DNA of 61,653 nt, the filler included. It is 7 parts of 7 records of this genome, joined end to end, with 100 filler letters (N's around TTAATTAATTAA, not from the genome) between each part and the next. Parts side by side here need not be neighbours in the genome. Positions count along the whole stretch, not along the records: positions 34,829 to 45,505 come from SRR31156797_4588; positions 45,606 to 53,752 come from SRR31156797_4590; 5 more parts are not named here. One strand, written 5' to 3'. The position numbers and the translations under genes are program-made. The stretch's first letter is position 1. The number at the start of each line of letters is the position of its first letter. A model generated the notes under the pieces. The model worked only from the letters and a program-made list of their open reading frames with translations, did not search any database and was not told where the DNA came from. Below are positions 39,825 to 49,927 of the stretch, in pieces.

Positions 39825-40020
39825 CTGCCGTTTCCTTTCGGGCAGTCCCTTCCCGCTCCCCTGGGGGACAGGGCCTCCGCGGGAGCGATTGGAGCGTTTA
39901 CGGCCCGGCGGTCTAAAGGCGACCCGGAGGGAAGCCTGGATAAGGGCCGCCGGTCAGGCCGTTCGAGCGGAAAGCGCGACGGTTCCGGGGGAACCGGCCC
40001 GCCCATTTTCCCTTTGTCCT

Positions 40021-40872
40021 CTAGAGATGCAGGGTTAACCCGAGGCTGGCATTGAATGTATGCAGGTCGTTGTAGCTGTAGTCATCTTTGTCGTCCGTTC
40101 CTTCGGCCCCGCCTCCCAGGAACCGGAAGCCCAGATAGGCGGACAGGTAACGGTTTATGCCGTACCCTCCTTTCAGGGCCAGGTCGTATATGTAGCCGGT
40201 GAAGGAGTAGTCCGCCCCGTTGATGAATCTGTTGCTGGCATAAAAGGCGTCTCCGTCGAACAGGACGAATATTCCGCTGTCCCACTGGTAACCGGTTCTC
40301 AGTTTCAGCACGGGGACGGGGCCTGTGCCGCTGTTTACGGAGCTTTTGCCGCCGTCCGCGCTTTTGAATCTGATGGCTGCGTTTCTGATTTGGAGGGACA
40401 GGCCCGGGCTGATAAAGAATCCGGGAGCTTTTCTTACATCGTAGAGGTAGGAGAATCTCCAGAAGCCGAAGGAGTATACCAGTTCCAGGGCTCCGTCTGA
40501 AGGGGCGAAGTCTATCCGGTCGTATCTGAACGCTTCGTCTATGGTCGATTCGGTTTCCAGCAGGAGGGGCTGGTAGAGGAAGACGGCGTGGTGCTTTGTC
40601 AGTATCTCAAGGTCTGCCTGATACCTTGCATAGGGGAAGAGGACGTTCTGATTTCCCGAGGACCTGTAATCGAACACATCCCCCCGGTCGGAATCCTTTC
40701 CCGACTGGATTTCGTGGTTCATTATGCTGGTAAAGCCGTATTCAATGTCTATATCCAGGGAGAAGGGGCCGGCTGTAAGGGCGGTCGCCCCTGTCAAAAA
40801 GAGCAGGAACGACAGGAGGACGCGCTGTCTTCTTTTCGCGGTACAGAACATATTTACACTCCTTTGGGCCAA
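40021..40872 (-). CDS. Putative outer-membrane beta-barrel protein
   Basis: Signal peptide, alternating aromatic beta-strands, C-terminal strand FNASLGLTLHL. Confidence 0.6.
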   Translation of the reverse strand: MAQRSVNMFCTAKRRQRVLLSFLLFLTGATALTAGPFSLDIDIEYGFTSIMNHEIQSGKDSDRGDVFDYRSSGNQNVLFPYARYQADLEILTKHHAVFLYQPLLLETESTIDEAFRYDRIDFAPSDGALELVYSFGFWRFSYLYDVRKAPGFFISPGLSLQIRNAAIRFKSADGGKSSVNSGTGPVPVLKLRTGYQWDSGIFVLFDGDAFYASNRFINGADYSFTGYIYDLALKGGYGINRYLSAYLGFRFLGGGAEGTDDKDDYSYNDLHTFNASLGLTLHL

Positions 40873-41249
40873 GGCTGTTTGAGTATATTTTAATTTTTGT
40901 ATATTGAGATTTCAAGAAATGCCTGGATCTCTGTCTTCCACGTTGAGAGCAGTAAGGCCTGAGACTGCCCTTTCAGTCTCAGACAGCCCGGGGACAGAGG
41001 ACGCTGCTGTCAGATCCTCCGCCTCAGGAAAGATTTACGGCAAAATCGGTTCCGAAGGTTTTGAAGCGACCCTCATCCGATTCGGACAGGGCCTTTCCCT
41101 TTGTCAGGCTTGCGAGGATTCCCGCCTTGCCCACGGGGCCGTCCTTGACACTATCGCATCCCCTGGCATTCAGGAGCTTTTTATATGAGATAGGGTCTTC
41201 TTTCCGCCTGTACTGGCGTGAACGGCCACTCCTGCGCATCGTTTCCCTT

Positions 41250-41645
41250 TCAGGCTATTTTCTTGCCGGCATGGGGTCCGGCGCTCTGGTCGAAGGCCTC
41301 GACGGGAGCAAAGAGCCAGACGCCTCTGCAGCTAAGCCCCTTCTTCTCCATTTCCGCATTGATCTTATCGAACAGAGCCCCTTCGGTCTGACGTTCCTGT
41401 ACCCTGGCTACGACCTGGTATGAGACGGCGCCTTTGGCGGCCAGAACGCTGACAGGGGCATTGCTTTTCAGATTGGCGGAGCTGGTCTTCATCAGGATTT
41501 CCGCAGCGCAGATCGTACTCTCGTCCGGAGCCATGGCGCTCCCGACGACGATGGTATGGGGGATCCCTTCGGGAGAGACGGTTGTCAGAACCTTGACGGC
41601 TTCCTTGTCATTGAACAGAGCGGTGACTTCATGGGGCATCTTCAT
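41250..41645 (-). CDS. Pyridoxamine 5'-phosphate oxidase-like FMN-binding protein
   Basis: VKVLTTVSPEGIPH, KTSSANL, SYQV, DQSAGPHAGKKI; start follows RBS GGAAAGGA. Confidence 0.8.
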   Translation of the reverse strand: MKMPHEVTALFNDKEAVKVLTTVSPEGIPHTIVVGSAMAPDESTICAAEILMKTSSANLKSNAPVSVLAAKGAVSYQVVARVQERQTEGALFDKINAEMEKKGLSCRGVWLFAPVEAFDQSAGPHAGKKIA

Positions 41646-41764
41646 AGTGTATGATTCCTTTCCTGTGTGAATTGGTGTAAAATCATAATAATACATATTA
41701 AGTATTGAATTGTTATTAAGTTGTTTATTATGACTAGGTATGATAATAATACCATGGAGAGGCT

Positions 41765-42145
41765 ATGTCAATCGAAAAGTATGCGGCCGAATGCGCCGTC
41801 TGCAAAATAGATGGTGAAATCAAGGATTCTTTATGCCCCATCTGTCTGACTCAGAGGGTTTTCAGGGGGAAGTGGAAGATCGTGATCATCTGGCTCCTGA
41901 GGGGAAAGGCTATGCGCTTCTCCGAACTGAAGTCGTCTATTTTCAATATTACCCAGGCCTATCTGAGCAGCCAGCTCAAGGATCTGGAGTCGGACAATCT
42001 TGTGGTTCGCAAATCCTATGACGAGGTGCCGCCCCGGGTTGAGTACTCTCTCACCCGGGAGGGCAGGAAGTTCCTCTCCGTCATTGAAACGATAAACAGC
42101 TGGGGCGCCGATTACCTCGAGGGCCAGAAGGGGGGACGGGAGTAG
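41765..42145 (+). CDS. HxlR/MarR-type winged-helix regulator
   Basis: CPI...GKWKIVIIWLL, RFSEL, QLKDLE, EVPPRVEYSLT; divergent from the FMN-binding gene. Confidence 0.93.
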   Translation: MSIEKYAAECAVCKIDGEIKDSLCPICLTQRVFRGKWKIVIIWLLRGKAMRFSELKSSIFNITQAYLSSQLKDLESDNLVVRKSYDEVPPRVEYSLTREGRKFLSVIETINSWGADYLEGQKGGRE

Positions 42146-42254
42146 GACTGGCGCGGTTTCAGGGGACACGGCTTTTGCCGATCTGTTTTAAAACACATTG
42201 GACCAAGATACGGGCTTGCGGGTATAATGAGGGAAAACAACTAAGGAAACTGTT

Positions 42255-42668
42255 ATGAACAACAAACTGAACAGCAGCGGTCTGGCCCATGTGGGCTTCT
42301 TCGTAAAGGACCTGGAAGCCTCCAAGAAATTCTATCTTGAAACCCTCGATTTCAAGCATGACTTTGACGATTCTGTGAAGAACCAGAACGGTCCCGATAC
42401 CCTTCTCTCCTTCATCTCTCTGGAGAATCTGGTTATCGAACTGATCCAGGACGGCAACGACTACGCAGAGGCCACGGCGGCTTCCCCCCATCACCTGGCC
42501 ATCGCCAGCAAGGATGTGGACAGCGTGATCGCCAAGCTGCAGGCCGAAGGGGTGGAGTTCGAAGAGAAAGAGAGCACCCATCTTCCCGATCTGGGAGAGA
42601 ACGGCTGCCGCTACATCATGTTCCGCGGTCCCGACGGGGAGAGGCTGGAGCTGCAGGAAGTATACTAG
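42255..42668 (+). CDS. VOC/glyoxalase family protein
   Basis: LAHVGFFVKDLEASKKFY, IELIQ, HHLAI, FRGPDGERLEL. Confidence 0.92.
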   Translation: MNNKLNSSGLAHVGFFVKDLEASKKFYLETLDFKHDFDDSVKNQNGPDTLLSFISLENLVIELIQDGNDYAEATAASPHHLAIASKDVDSVIAKLQAEGVEFEEKESTHLPDLGENGCRYIMFRGPDGERLELQEVY

Positions 42669-42761
42669 GCCCGATAAGCCTGTGCCGTCGTTCCGCGGAA
42701 CGGCCGTTGCAGCGTATCCATTCCCTGAGGCCCCGCGACGCCGGGCCGTCAGGGCTATCGT

Positions 42762-43289
42762 TCATTTCAGCAGATACACCTCGTCCGCCCGGAAGATGGT
42801 CACATGCTTGCCGGGGCGTCCCCGGAGTATCTCCTTAAGTTCCAGCATCCTCTGCCTGTTGATCAGGGAGCCCTCTATGATCAGTTTGGAGTTCCCGTTC
42901 AGGTACTCCCGGGTGGCCATGGTGAACTCGAATTCCCTCTCCCTGAGGATCCCTATCAGTTCGGAGCGGTCCGTGTCGTTCTCAAGCGAGATCCGGGCGA
43001 AGTACTTCCTCTGGCCTTCCAGCTTTTTATCCAGTTTAGACTTGATTTTGGCGATGAGGAGCCCGCCCAGGGTGGAGCCCAGGCCGTAGATCAAAACGTA
43101 CCAGGGGCTCTGGTTCATCAGTCCCAGGATGATCTTGATCACTGTGATCCCGTACATGGCCTCCAGAAAGTTGATGATCATGGAGTAGGTCTTGCTGCTC
43201 CGGTTAAAGGCGTCGATCTTGGCCAGGAACAGCGAATCCTGTCCGATTCTGAGGATAAGGATAAGCAGGGCGATTAGCAGCAGATTCAT
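42762..43289 (-). CDS. UPF0316/DUF2179-like membrane protein
   Basis: Three N-terminal TM segments (LRIGQDSL, FLEA, YGLG..LG) and a small soluble C-terminal domain. Confidence 0.65.
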   Translation of the reverse strand: MNLLLIALLILILRIGQDSLFLAKIDAFNRSSKTYSMIINFLEAMYGITVIKIILGLMNQSPWYVLIYGLGSTLGGLLIAKIKSKLDKKLEGQRKYFARISLENDTDRSELIGILREREFEFTMATREYLNGNSKLIIEGSLINRQRMLELKEILRGRPGKHVTIFRADEVYLLK

Positions 43290-43525
43290 GGGGCGCTCCT
43301 TCTGTTTAAGACTCTCCTACTTGTACACCCCTTCGCCCGGCTTGGATATAGACTTTTTTAAGTTTTTTTATCTTTTTGCATAAGACTGAGAGCCGTCGTC
43401 CCAGGGGCGTACTCTTTCTCCATCCCGCTTAAGGCGGACGTCCCTTGTTTCCGCTGGCCCCGGTCACGGTTCCGCGCCCCCCCTTTGAGCAGTGTGATCG
43501 GAGCCGCGGTCCGGATCCCGGGCTA

Positions 43526-43548
43526 AAAGACTTTTTCAGTAAGCCTTA
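43526..43548. repeat. Left 23-bp inverted repeat (IS-end-like)
   Basis: AAAGACTTTTTCAGTAAGCCTTA; 21/23 identical to the reverse complement of 45470-45492. Confidence 0.8.
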
Positions 43549-43578
43549 TGTTTTTCAATCTGTTTGTATAAACATCAA

Positions 43579-45369
43579 CTACAGATTATCAGATTTTTCA
43601 AAAAAGAATTTTACATTAGGAGTATATATGGTCGTTCTATTTTTCCCCTTTTTCTTTGAATAGTACATGGCATAGTCTGAATTTGTTATCAAATCAATTT
43701 CATTATCAGCGTCTTCCGGATAGCCGGCAATACCCAAACTGATTGTAACATTCAGATTATTGGCTAAAGATTTCAGTTCCGGACTGTCTGCAACTCGTTC
43801 CCTGATGACTTCTGCGATTTTGTACGCTTCACTTTTCTGATATAGATTTAGAATAAGTACAAATTCTTCACCGCCATAGCGGTACGCAGAAATATTTTCA
43901 TTTTCCTCAAAGACTTTTAAGATCTTGCTTATGCCTATCAAGACTTTATCCCCAACAGAATGACCAAACACATCATTAATACCTTTAAAGTTATCGAGGT
44001 CAAAAAATATCAATGAAAAGATTTTATTTTCCCGAAACTGCGTAATCAAATCTTGATGAAATCTGCGTTTGTTGAATAATTCTGTTAATCCATCAAGGTT
44101 CGAAATGAGTTCAAGCTTTGTATTCTCATGTTTATGATGTGAAATAACATCAATAAGTTTATTGAATACATGAACTACATCACTGATCTCTTGAGGTCCA
44201 TCGGAAGGAATCAAGTGTTCTAATTCTAATTTCTCCTCCATTTGCTTCAATTGCTTCTTCAGGTTTAATATTGGCTTTCCTAATTGATGAGAGATAAATA
44301 AGCTAAATAGAAGTGATAAAACTAAGATAGTAAAAAATCTAAAAAGACCAGCTCGAAAATCTTTCCTTAACTGCTGATTAAAATCCTTATTGTTTACTAA
44401 AACCATCATCGCGCCTATAACTTTATCAGCATAGCTCTTAATAGGCATGATTCCAATAGTATAGGTTTCGTCTCCGGCATTTGTATAAAGGTTTCTGTAT
44501 ATGAGATCTTTTTTAATAAAATTCTCATAAATTTCATCATTCATGCTGATGACTGCTTCACCCTGTGTATCTTCGCTAAATGATAATATTTCTATTTTTT
44601 TAATTTCACTTCTTCTTTTTAAGTTCATATTCTCATTCTGAAAACTGGATATCAGAATCACTCTGTTATCCTCAAAGGGGATTATTTCTATACCGGTTCT
44701 CTTTTCAATTTCAATAATTACTTTTTCAGTGAGATACATACCAACCTTGAGCCCGCCGACTAACTCATCATTCTGATAAATTGGAGCGGTACCATCAATA
44801 GCAGGCTGACCGGTTCTTTTTGAAACTAAAAGACCAGAAGCCGGTATCCCTTTCAGAGCATCCAAAATCAATTTGTCTGATTTGGTATCTCCTCTTTTAT
44901 CACGATGCCCTCTCATAATTACCACAGCCTGAAGGTTCATTATCTCTATATTGCCAATATACTCATTTTTATCATTTAGGGATTGAAATATTTCCCGAGA
45001 AAGCGTCCTTAATTGGATGAACCGTGTATCAAACCTTTCATCACTGATCTCGTTATAATCAGAATGAGGATAGTTATTCAGCAGTTCGGTATCATCTGGA
45101 GACCATGGTGGTTCATTCTTTAATAATGCGACAGAATTTATTACTTCCTGCCTGCTGGAAATTAAATGAGCATATGACTTTAGTTCATTCTGATAGGTTT
45201 CTATGATTTCCCTGACATGCTGCATTTTCAATTCAAGCATTTGAGTCTGAAGTCTTTCAATATTTGTCTTGCTGGATCGAAATTGAATCAGGGTTATAAG
45301 ATTTAAAGGAATAAATAAGAATATCAGCAACAACAAAAATATACCATTCTTAATCTTATAGTTCTTCAT
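43579..45369 (-). CDS. Membrane diguanylate cyclase (Cache-like sensor, HAMP-like linker, GGDEF)
   Basis: Two TM helices, DGLTELFNKR, DLDNFKGINDVFGHSVGD, RYGGEEF; strongly AT-rich relative to the contig. Confidence 0.93.
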   Translation of the reverse strand: MKNYKIKNGIFLLLLIFLFIPLNLITLIQFRSSKTNIERLQTQMLELKMQHVREIIETYQNELKSYAHLISSRQEVINSVALLKNEPPWSPDDTELLNNYPHSDYNEISDERFDTRFIQLRTLSREIFQSLNDKNEYIGNIEIMNLQAVVIMRGHRDKRGDTKSDKLILDALKGIPASGLLVSKRTGQPAIDGTAPIYQNDELVGGLKVGMYLTEKVIIEIEKRTGIEIIPFEDNRVILISSFQNENMNLKRRSEIKKIEILSFSEDTQGEAVISMNDEIYENFIKKDLIYRNLYTNAGDETYTIGIMPIKSYADKVIGAMMVLVNNKDFNQQLRKDFRAGLFRFFTILVLSLLFSLFISHQLGKPILNLKKQLKQMEEKLELEHLIPSDGPQEISDVVHVFNKLIDVISHHKHENTKLELISNLDGLTELFNKRRFHQDLITQFRENKIFSLIFFDLDNFKGINDVFGHSVGDKVLIGISKILKVFEENENISAYRYGGEEFVLILNLYQKSEAYKIAEVIRERVADSPELKSLANNLNVTISLGIAGYPEDADNEIDLITNSDYAMYYSKKKGKNRTTIYTPNVKFFFEKSDNL

Positions 45370-45469
45370 ATATATCTAGTATAATATTAATTTTTTATAT
45401 ATCAATTGGCTTAATTCATGTTCTCTATTGTGTATACACTATAATAAATCTGACTTTAGCAGCTGTAAT

Positions 45470-45492
45470 TAGGGTTTACTGAAAAAGTCTTT
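45470..45492. repeat. Right 23-bp inverted repeat (IS-end-like)
   Basis: TAGGGTTTACTGAAAAAGTCTTT; the contig ends 13 nt later. Confidence 0.8.
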
Positions 45493-45505
45493 CAGGCAGC
45501 CCTTC

Positions 45506-45605
45506 NNNNNNNNNNNNNNNNNNNNNNNNNNNNNNNNNNNNNNNNNNNNTTAATTAATTAANNNNNNNNNNNNNNNNNNNNNNNNNNNNNNNNNNNNNNN
45601 NNNNN
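45506..45605. other. Artificial contig spacer
   Basis: N-run + TTAATTAATTAA + N-run. Confidence 0.99.
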
Positions 45606-45851
45606 ACAATAAGCCGGAGAAGTAGTGCGTACCCATTCTTTCATCTCCGTAATATTAGGAATGTCAGTCCCGTCGTTAAACCTTGTAACTTTTAGGTTTC
45701 CCAACATCCACTGCTGGTCGCCAATTATTACCGTTTCGTATTTATTTCCATCGATATCTGATATTGGTGCTGTTTTTTCCTGTGCATTCAAATTAAAAGC
45801 TACAAATGCAAATGATATGAAAAGCAGCAACAACCTATTGAGCCTAAACAT
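45606..45851 (-). CDS. Fibrobacter succinogenes major paralogous domain (FISUMP) protein, 3'-truncated
   Basis: Signal peptide, then DIDGNKYETVIIGDQQWMLGNLKVTRFNDG. Confidence 0.85.
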
Positions 45852-45863
45852 AGTTGTAATTTT

Positions 45864-48011
45864 TTAAAGTTCCTGAATTAAGTAGTACATCGATTGAAAT
45901 TCTTTACCTATTCTAAAACGGAACACCCCATCTTTATATTCGGAAGGCATATAACCGGTAATTAATCCCTGTGGACTTACTGACATCGCCCTCAGATTTT
46001 GTTTTTCAGTTTTAATTTCAATGGTAGCTTCAATAACCTCAACTCGTGTTGGTCCATGACCTACATCCAATACATGGTCGTGAGCTTCATTATATTTCAT
46101 CCCTGAATTGTCAGCCCGTCCGACTGCCGTTAAAAGCATATTGTCTGATTTTGCTATTGGATTATCATTCAGGGAACTGATTGCAAGGGTAGCAAAATCT
46201 GTTTTAACGTCAAAAGTTACGTCATTAAGCTCAATCTTATCTTCTTTTCCCACTAATCCATAAACCACTTTGGTTTTTGGAGAATCTATCCAACCAATTT
46301 TTTTATTTAAATTCCGGTAAAGTTCTTTGGTGTCTGACAATACCTCTCCTTTTTCCAAATCAACTACTGTTTCATCGGGATTAACCAATTTCCCTTCATA
46401 TTTCATTCCCGGTAAAATTATCCCAACCCTGTGCTTTTCGGGTGTAAGCTCAAGAGCCTTAATAACCGGCGACCTGAAAAGATCATCTGCTTTTATTGCA
46501 ATTTCTTTATTTGCACGTTTTATGTCACCTCTCCTGAACATAAGTGCTGCATGATAAAAAAGTCCGAATTTTGCAGGATCATTAAATGTGTCGTAAGCAC
46601 CCGCCCTGTAATATGAACCACCAATTGCCCCTGCTTTTATAGAGTGAGCAATCATATCTACATCTTCACTTAATGTGTACCTGTAAGTATGTATGGCAAG
46701 CCCATTCCAATCCTGAAGTGAAGCAGCCGCAGCCATTAGAAGGGGGGTCTCCGCTCTCCATTCATTGGGCCATGGATTATCCCATTCCGAAACAAAAAAA
46801 GGTTTGTCGAAAAGCTTACCACAGGCCAGTAATGGCAACATATTTTCAGAATGCCATAAATTAGAGCGGTTCCCAAATTTCCAATTCTTATCAAGACTTC
46901 TATACCCTCCCCTGGAATAAGCATGGGCATCGGTGTAATCTGTAGTCATTTGGGAGGAAAGATGCCCCCATCTGCGACTCCAGTCTCCATGCAAATTACT
47001 TCCTGTTATTGGTATCGTTACCCCGATTTCACGCATATCTTCAATCATCTCCTTATAGTAATCCTCGGTTACCTTCATAAAGAACTGCTGGATTGTCTTA
47101 TCAGATTTATCAAACCTTATTTTTTCTTTACCTACTTTGATATTTTGGGTTTTAGCCCATTCACGGTACTTGTTTTCTAATTCTGATCGATATGGTTCAA
47201 TTTCTACATTCCAAGTATAAAAATCATTCTCATTGGTAACATCAACAAGGGCTATTGCAGGATCATCTTTATAGGCCAGTTTAGTATATGGATTCACATG
47301 GTTCCACAGGTCATTGCTGAATTTTTTTTGCAGCTCAATCATCCTCCTGTTAAATGTACTGTATGGTTTTGCAGCATCCCTCAGCATACTGGCTGCTTCA
47401 ACTCCGTCTCCTGTCCTAAACCTCCTGTATGTCAGCATATCCATATAAATATATATCCCTTCTTTTTTCAGGCAGTATATAAGATAATCAAGTCTTTCCA
47501 TACTTTCAGGGTCAAGACTCATTGTGTTGGGTTTGTTCTTTCCCTTTTTAAACTGGAATATATTGGGGGTTGACCATTCAGCATCCAATTGATGGAACCT
47601 TACGATATTAACTCCTATTTTTGCCAGGCGTTTTGCCACCTTTTCACTTTGTCCATGTGGCGGAAAGTTTTGAGCGCTATTAAAATTGGTTCCCCAAAAA
47701 CGGGCTTCAGTTCCATCTTCAAATACGAACTTATTAGCTTCAACTTTTAGAAATCCATGCTTTCCTGCCGGTTTTTCATTTGCATAAATAAATGACAAAT
47801 CTATTGGCATATCGTCCCAAGGAAGGGCATACGGTATGGTTTTCCTTACTGAATCCTGCTGTTCATTCGTATTGCTTGACTTTGTATAATCATTTTTAGC
47901 ATTGACTTTTATTACTAAAAATAAAAGAAGGATTACAGAGAATCCTTTGATATAAGAACTTTTTAAAATTTTAGGTTTATACATATTAGTGAAAGATGAT
48001 ATCTTGCTCAT
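45864..48011 (-). CDS. Secreted clan GH-A glycoside hydrolase (GH5-like, family unresolved)
   Basis: RFWGTN, GVNIVRFHQLD, HVNPYT...DDPAI, acid/base TNEN, DAHAY, nucleophile VSEW. Confidence 0.75.
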   Translation of the reverse strand: MSKISSFTNMYKPKILKSSYIKGFSVILLLFLVIKVNAKNDYTKSSNTNEQQDSVRKTIPYALPWDDMPIDLSFIYANEKPAGKHGFLKVEANKFVFEDGTEARFWGTNFNSAQNFPPHGQSEKVAKRLAKIGVNIVRFHQLDAEWSTPNIFQFKKGKNKPNTMSLDPESMERLDYLIYCLKKEGIYIYMDMLTYRRFRTGDGVEAASMLRDAAKPYSTFNRRMIELQKKFSNDLWNHVNPYTKLAYKDDPAIALVDVTNENDFYTWNVEIEPYRSELENKYREWAKTQNIKVGKEKIRFDKSDKTIQQFFMKVTEDYYKEMIEDMREIGVTIPITGSNLHGDWSRRWGHLSSQMTTDYTDAHAYSRGGYRSLDKNWKFGNRSNLWHSENMLPLLACGKLFDKPFFVSEWDNPWPNEWRAETPLLMAAAASLQDWNGLAIHTYRYTLSEDVDMIAHSIKAGAIGGSYYRAGAYDTFNDPAKFGLFYHAALMFRRGDIKRANKEIAIKADDLFRSPVIKALELTPEKHRVGIILPGMKYEGKLVNPDETVVDLEKGEVLSDTKELYRNLNKKIGWIDSPKTKVVYGLVGKEDKIELNDVTFDVKTDFATLAISSLNDNPIAKSDNMLLTAVGRADNSGMKYNEAHDHVLDVGHGPTRVEVIEATIEIKTEKQNLRAMSVSPQGLITGYMPSEYKDGVFRFRIGKEFQSMYYLIQEL

Positions 48012-48017
48012 GATTTT

Positions 48018-49529
48018 CTATTTTAATAGTGGTTTTGGATTATCGATATATTTAGTGGGCCTTATTTCCTTTCCTTTTTGATTTGAATCACCAAGTTTTT
48101 CGCGGATTTTATCAGCTTGTTCTAATAAACTTTCTACTACTTCCGGATGTTGTTCGCTTACGTCATGCTCTTCTTTAAAATCATTATTTAGATCGATTAA
48201 TTTTAGTTCACCTTGCCCATAAACCAGGGTTTTATCTCCCCTGTCATACTTGTTATCTAAAGGCAGGTAAAGTTTCCAGTGATCTACTCTTACCGCTTGT
48301 AACTGATCCATAAGGTAATAGCAAAAAATGCTGTGAGGTGTTTGGGCATTTTGTTTTCCTGAAATCAGTGGCCAGATATTTTTCCCGTCGATAATCCTGT
48401 CTTGTGGAACTTGCCCCCCACTAAGATGAGCAAATGTTGGCAGCCAATCCATCATGGTACAAAGTTCATCGTTAGTTTTACCAGCCGGAATTTTATCAGA
48501 CCAGTTTACAATGCAGGGGACACGCATCCCCCCTTCCATAGTATCATATCCTTTACCAGAAAAAGGTTCGTTACTACCTTTTCCACTGCCACCTGCACGC
48601 CCTTTCGGTGTTCCGTTATCTGAAGTAAAAACAATCATTGTATTTTTTTCAATACCTGATTTTTTAACTGCATCTATAATTTCGCCTATCGACCAATCAA
48701 TTTCTTCAATCGCATCACCATAGGAACCATTTTTTGATTTACCGCGAAAATCCTTATCTACGATTGGAACAGACTTGCTTCCCGGCAGGTTATGGGCGAA
48801 ATATAAAAAGAACGGTGTATCCTTATTTTTTTTTATAAAACTAACAGCTTCCCTAACATACCTTTTTGTTGTTGTGGTTAAGTTCACAGGAGCTTCAATT
48901 ACCTTATCGTTTCTTAGAAGAGGTAATTCGGGCCATTTTGGATTTATAGCAGGCACCATGTCTTCACTATATGGTAGTCCATAAAACAAATCAAAACCTT
49001 GATTTGTTGGCAAAAACTCCGACTGATCACCTAAATGCCATTTCCCTATACAAGCTGTTGAGTAACCTTCATTTTTTAACATCTCTGCAATAGTCGTTTC
49101 TTCAGGATTCAAGCCTTTTGAAGAAACAGGGTATAAAACCCAGCTATTTTTTTCATTAAGACTCATATCAATCCGTTGGGCATAGCAGCCCGTCATAAGA
49201 CTTGCACGAGAAGGGGTACAAACCGGGGATGAAGAATATAATGTAGTGAGACACATCCCTTCTTTAGCCATATTATCAATGTGTGGTGTATTCTGGAGTT
49301 CAGAGCCAAAACAACCAATATCGCCATACCCCAAATTATCAGTATAAATAAAAATGAAATTAGGTTTCTCTATTTCTGAAATCTTATGGACATCACAACT
49401 AACTATACAAAAATTTAACAGAAGCACCCCAGTCAGAATTTTTATAAAAATAATCGTTACATGCTCCTGAATAAAACGCATTAAAGTCTTGGGCATAGGT
49501 AGTTTACTGAAAAATATGATCTTACGCAT
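48018..49529 (-). CDS. S1 (Cys-type formylglycine) sulfatase, probable lipoprotein
   Basis: KPNFIFIYTDNLGYGD, CTPSRASLMTG, GKWHLG, FTSDNG, EGGMRVP. Confidence 0.95.
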   Translation of the reverse strand: MRKIIFFSKLPMPKTLMRFIQEHVTIIFIKILTGVLLLNFCIVSCDVHKISEIEKPNFIFIYTDNLGYGDIGCFGSELQNTPHIDNMAKEGMCLTTLYSSSPVCTPSRASLMTGCYAQRIDMSLNEKNSWVLYPVSSKGLNPEETTIAEMLKNEGYSTACIGKWHLGDQSEFLPTNQGFDLFYGLPYSEDMVPAINPKWPELPLLRNDKVIEAPVNLTTTTKRYVREAVSFIKKNKDTPFFLYFAHNLPGSKSVPIVDKDFRGKSKNGSYGDAIEEIDWSIGEIIDAVKKSGIEKNTMIVFTSDNGTPKGRAGGSGKGSNEPFSGKGYDTMEGGMRVPCIVNWSDKIPAGKTNDELCTMMDWLPTFAHLSGGQVPQDRIIDGKNIWPLISGKQNAQTPHSIFCYYLMDQLQAVRVDHWKLYLPLDNKYDRGDKTLVYGQGELKLIDLNNDFKEEHDVSEQHPEVVESLLEQADKIREKLGDSNQKGKEIRPTKYIDNPKPLLK

Positions 49530-49927
49530 GTTCTTTCTCCTAATAATGGTTTTTGAATATCTATAAAAAATAAATTAGGCTTCTTGAGTATCATAATGGC
49601 ATCCCGACTTGGTACAAAGGCATTCCCTGATCAAAAAATACATTGAGTTTGTACGTGTTGAATTTTAATCAAAACTTGTACTATTAGAAGCTTTCTGATT
49701 TAATGCCTCTATAAGTTTATTTTTTAAGAAATACTGATTGACAAAAAGTAATATTTTGATTTATATTAAACGAAAATCTATAAGGTAAGAGCTTATCCCT
49801 AAAAGCTTGAATTTATAAACTATCGACATTAACTAAAGTTAATAATTCGTGAGAAAAACACTTTATTTACTGTATATAACCTTAACAGAAAGCTATTGGG
49901 ATAATCTCCTACATTTAATCATTTGAT

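Noticed and set aside
41024..41239. Flavodoxin-like C-terminal remnant (KGKALSESDEGRFKTFG)
   Set aside because: Resemblance too weak to support without a profile search.
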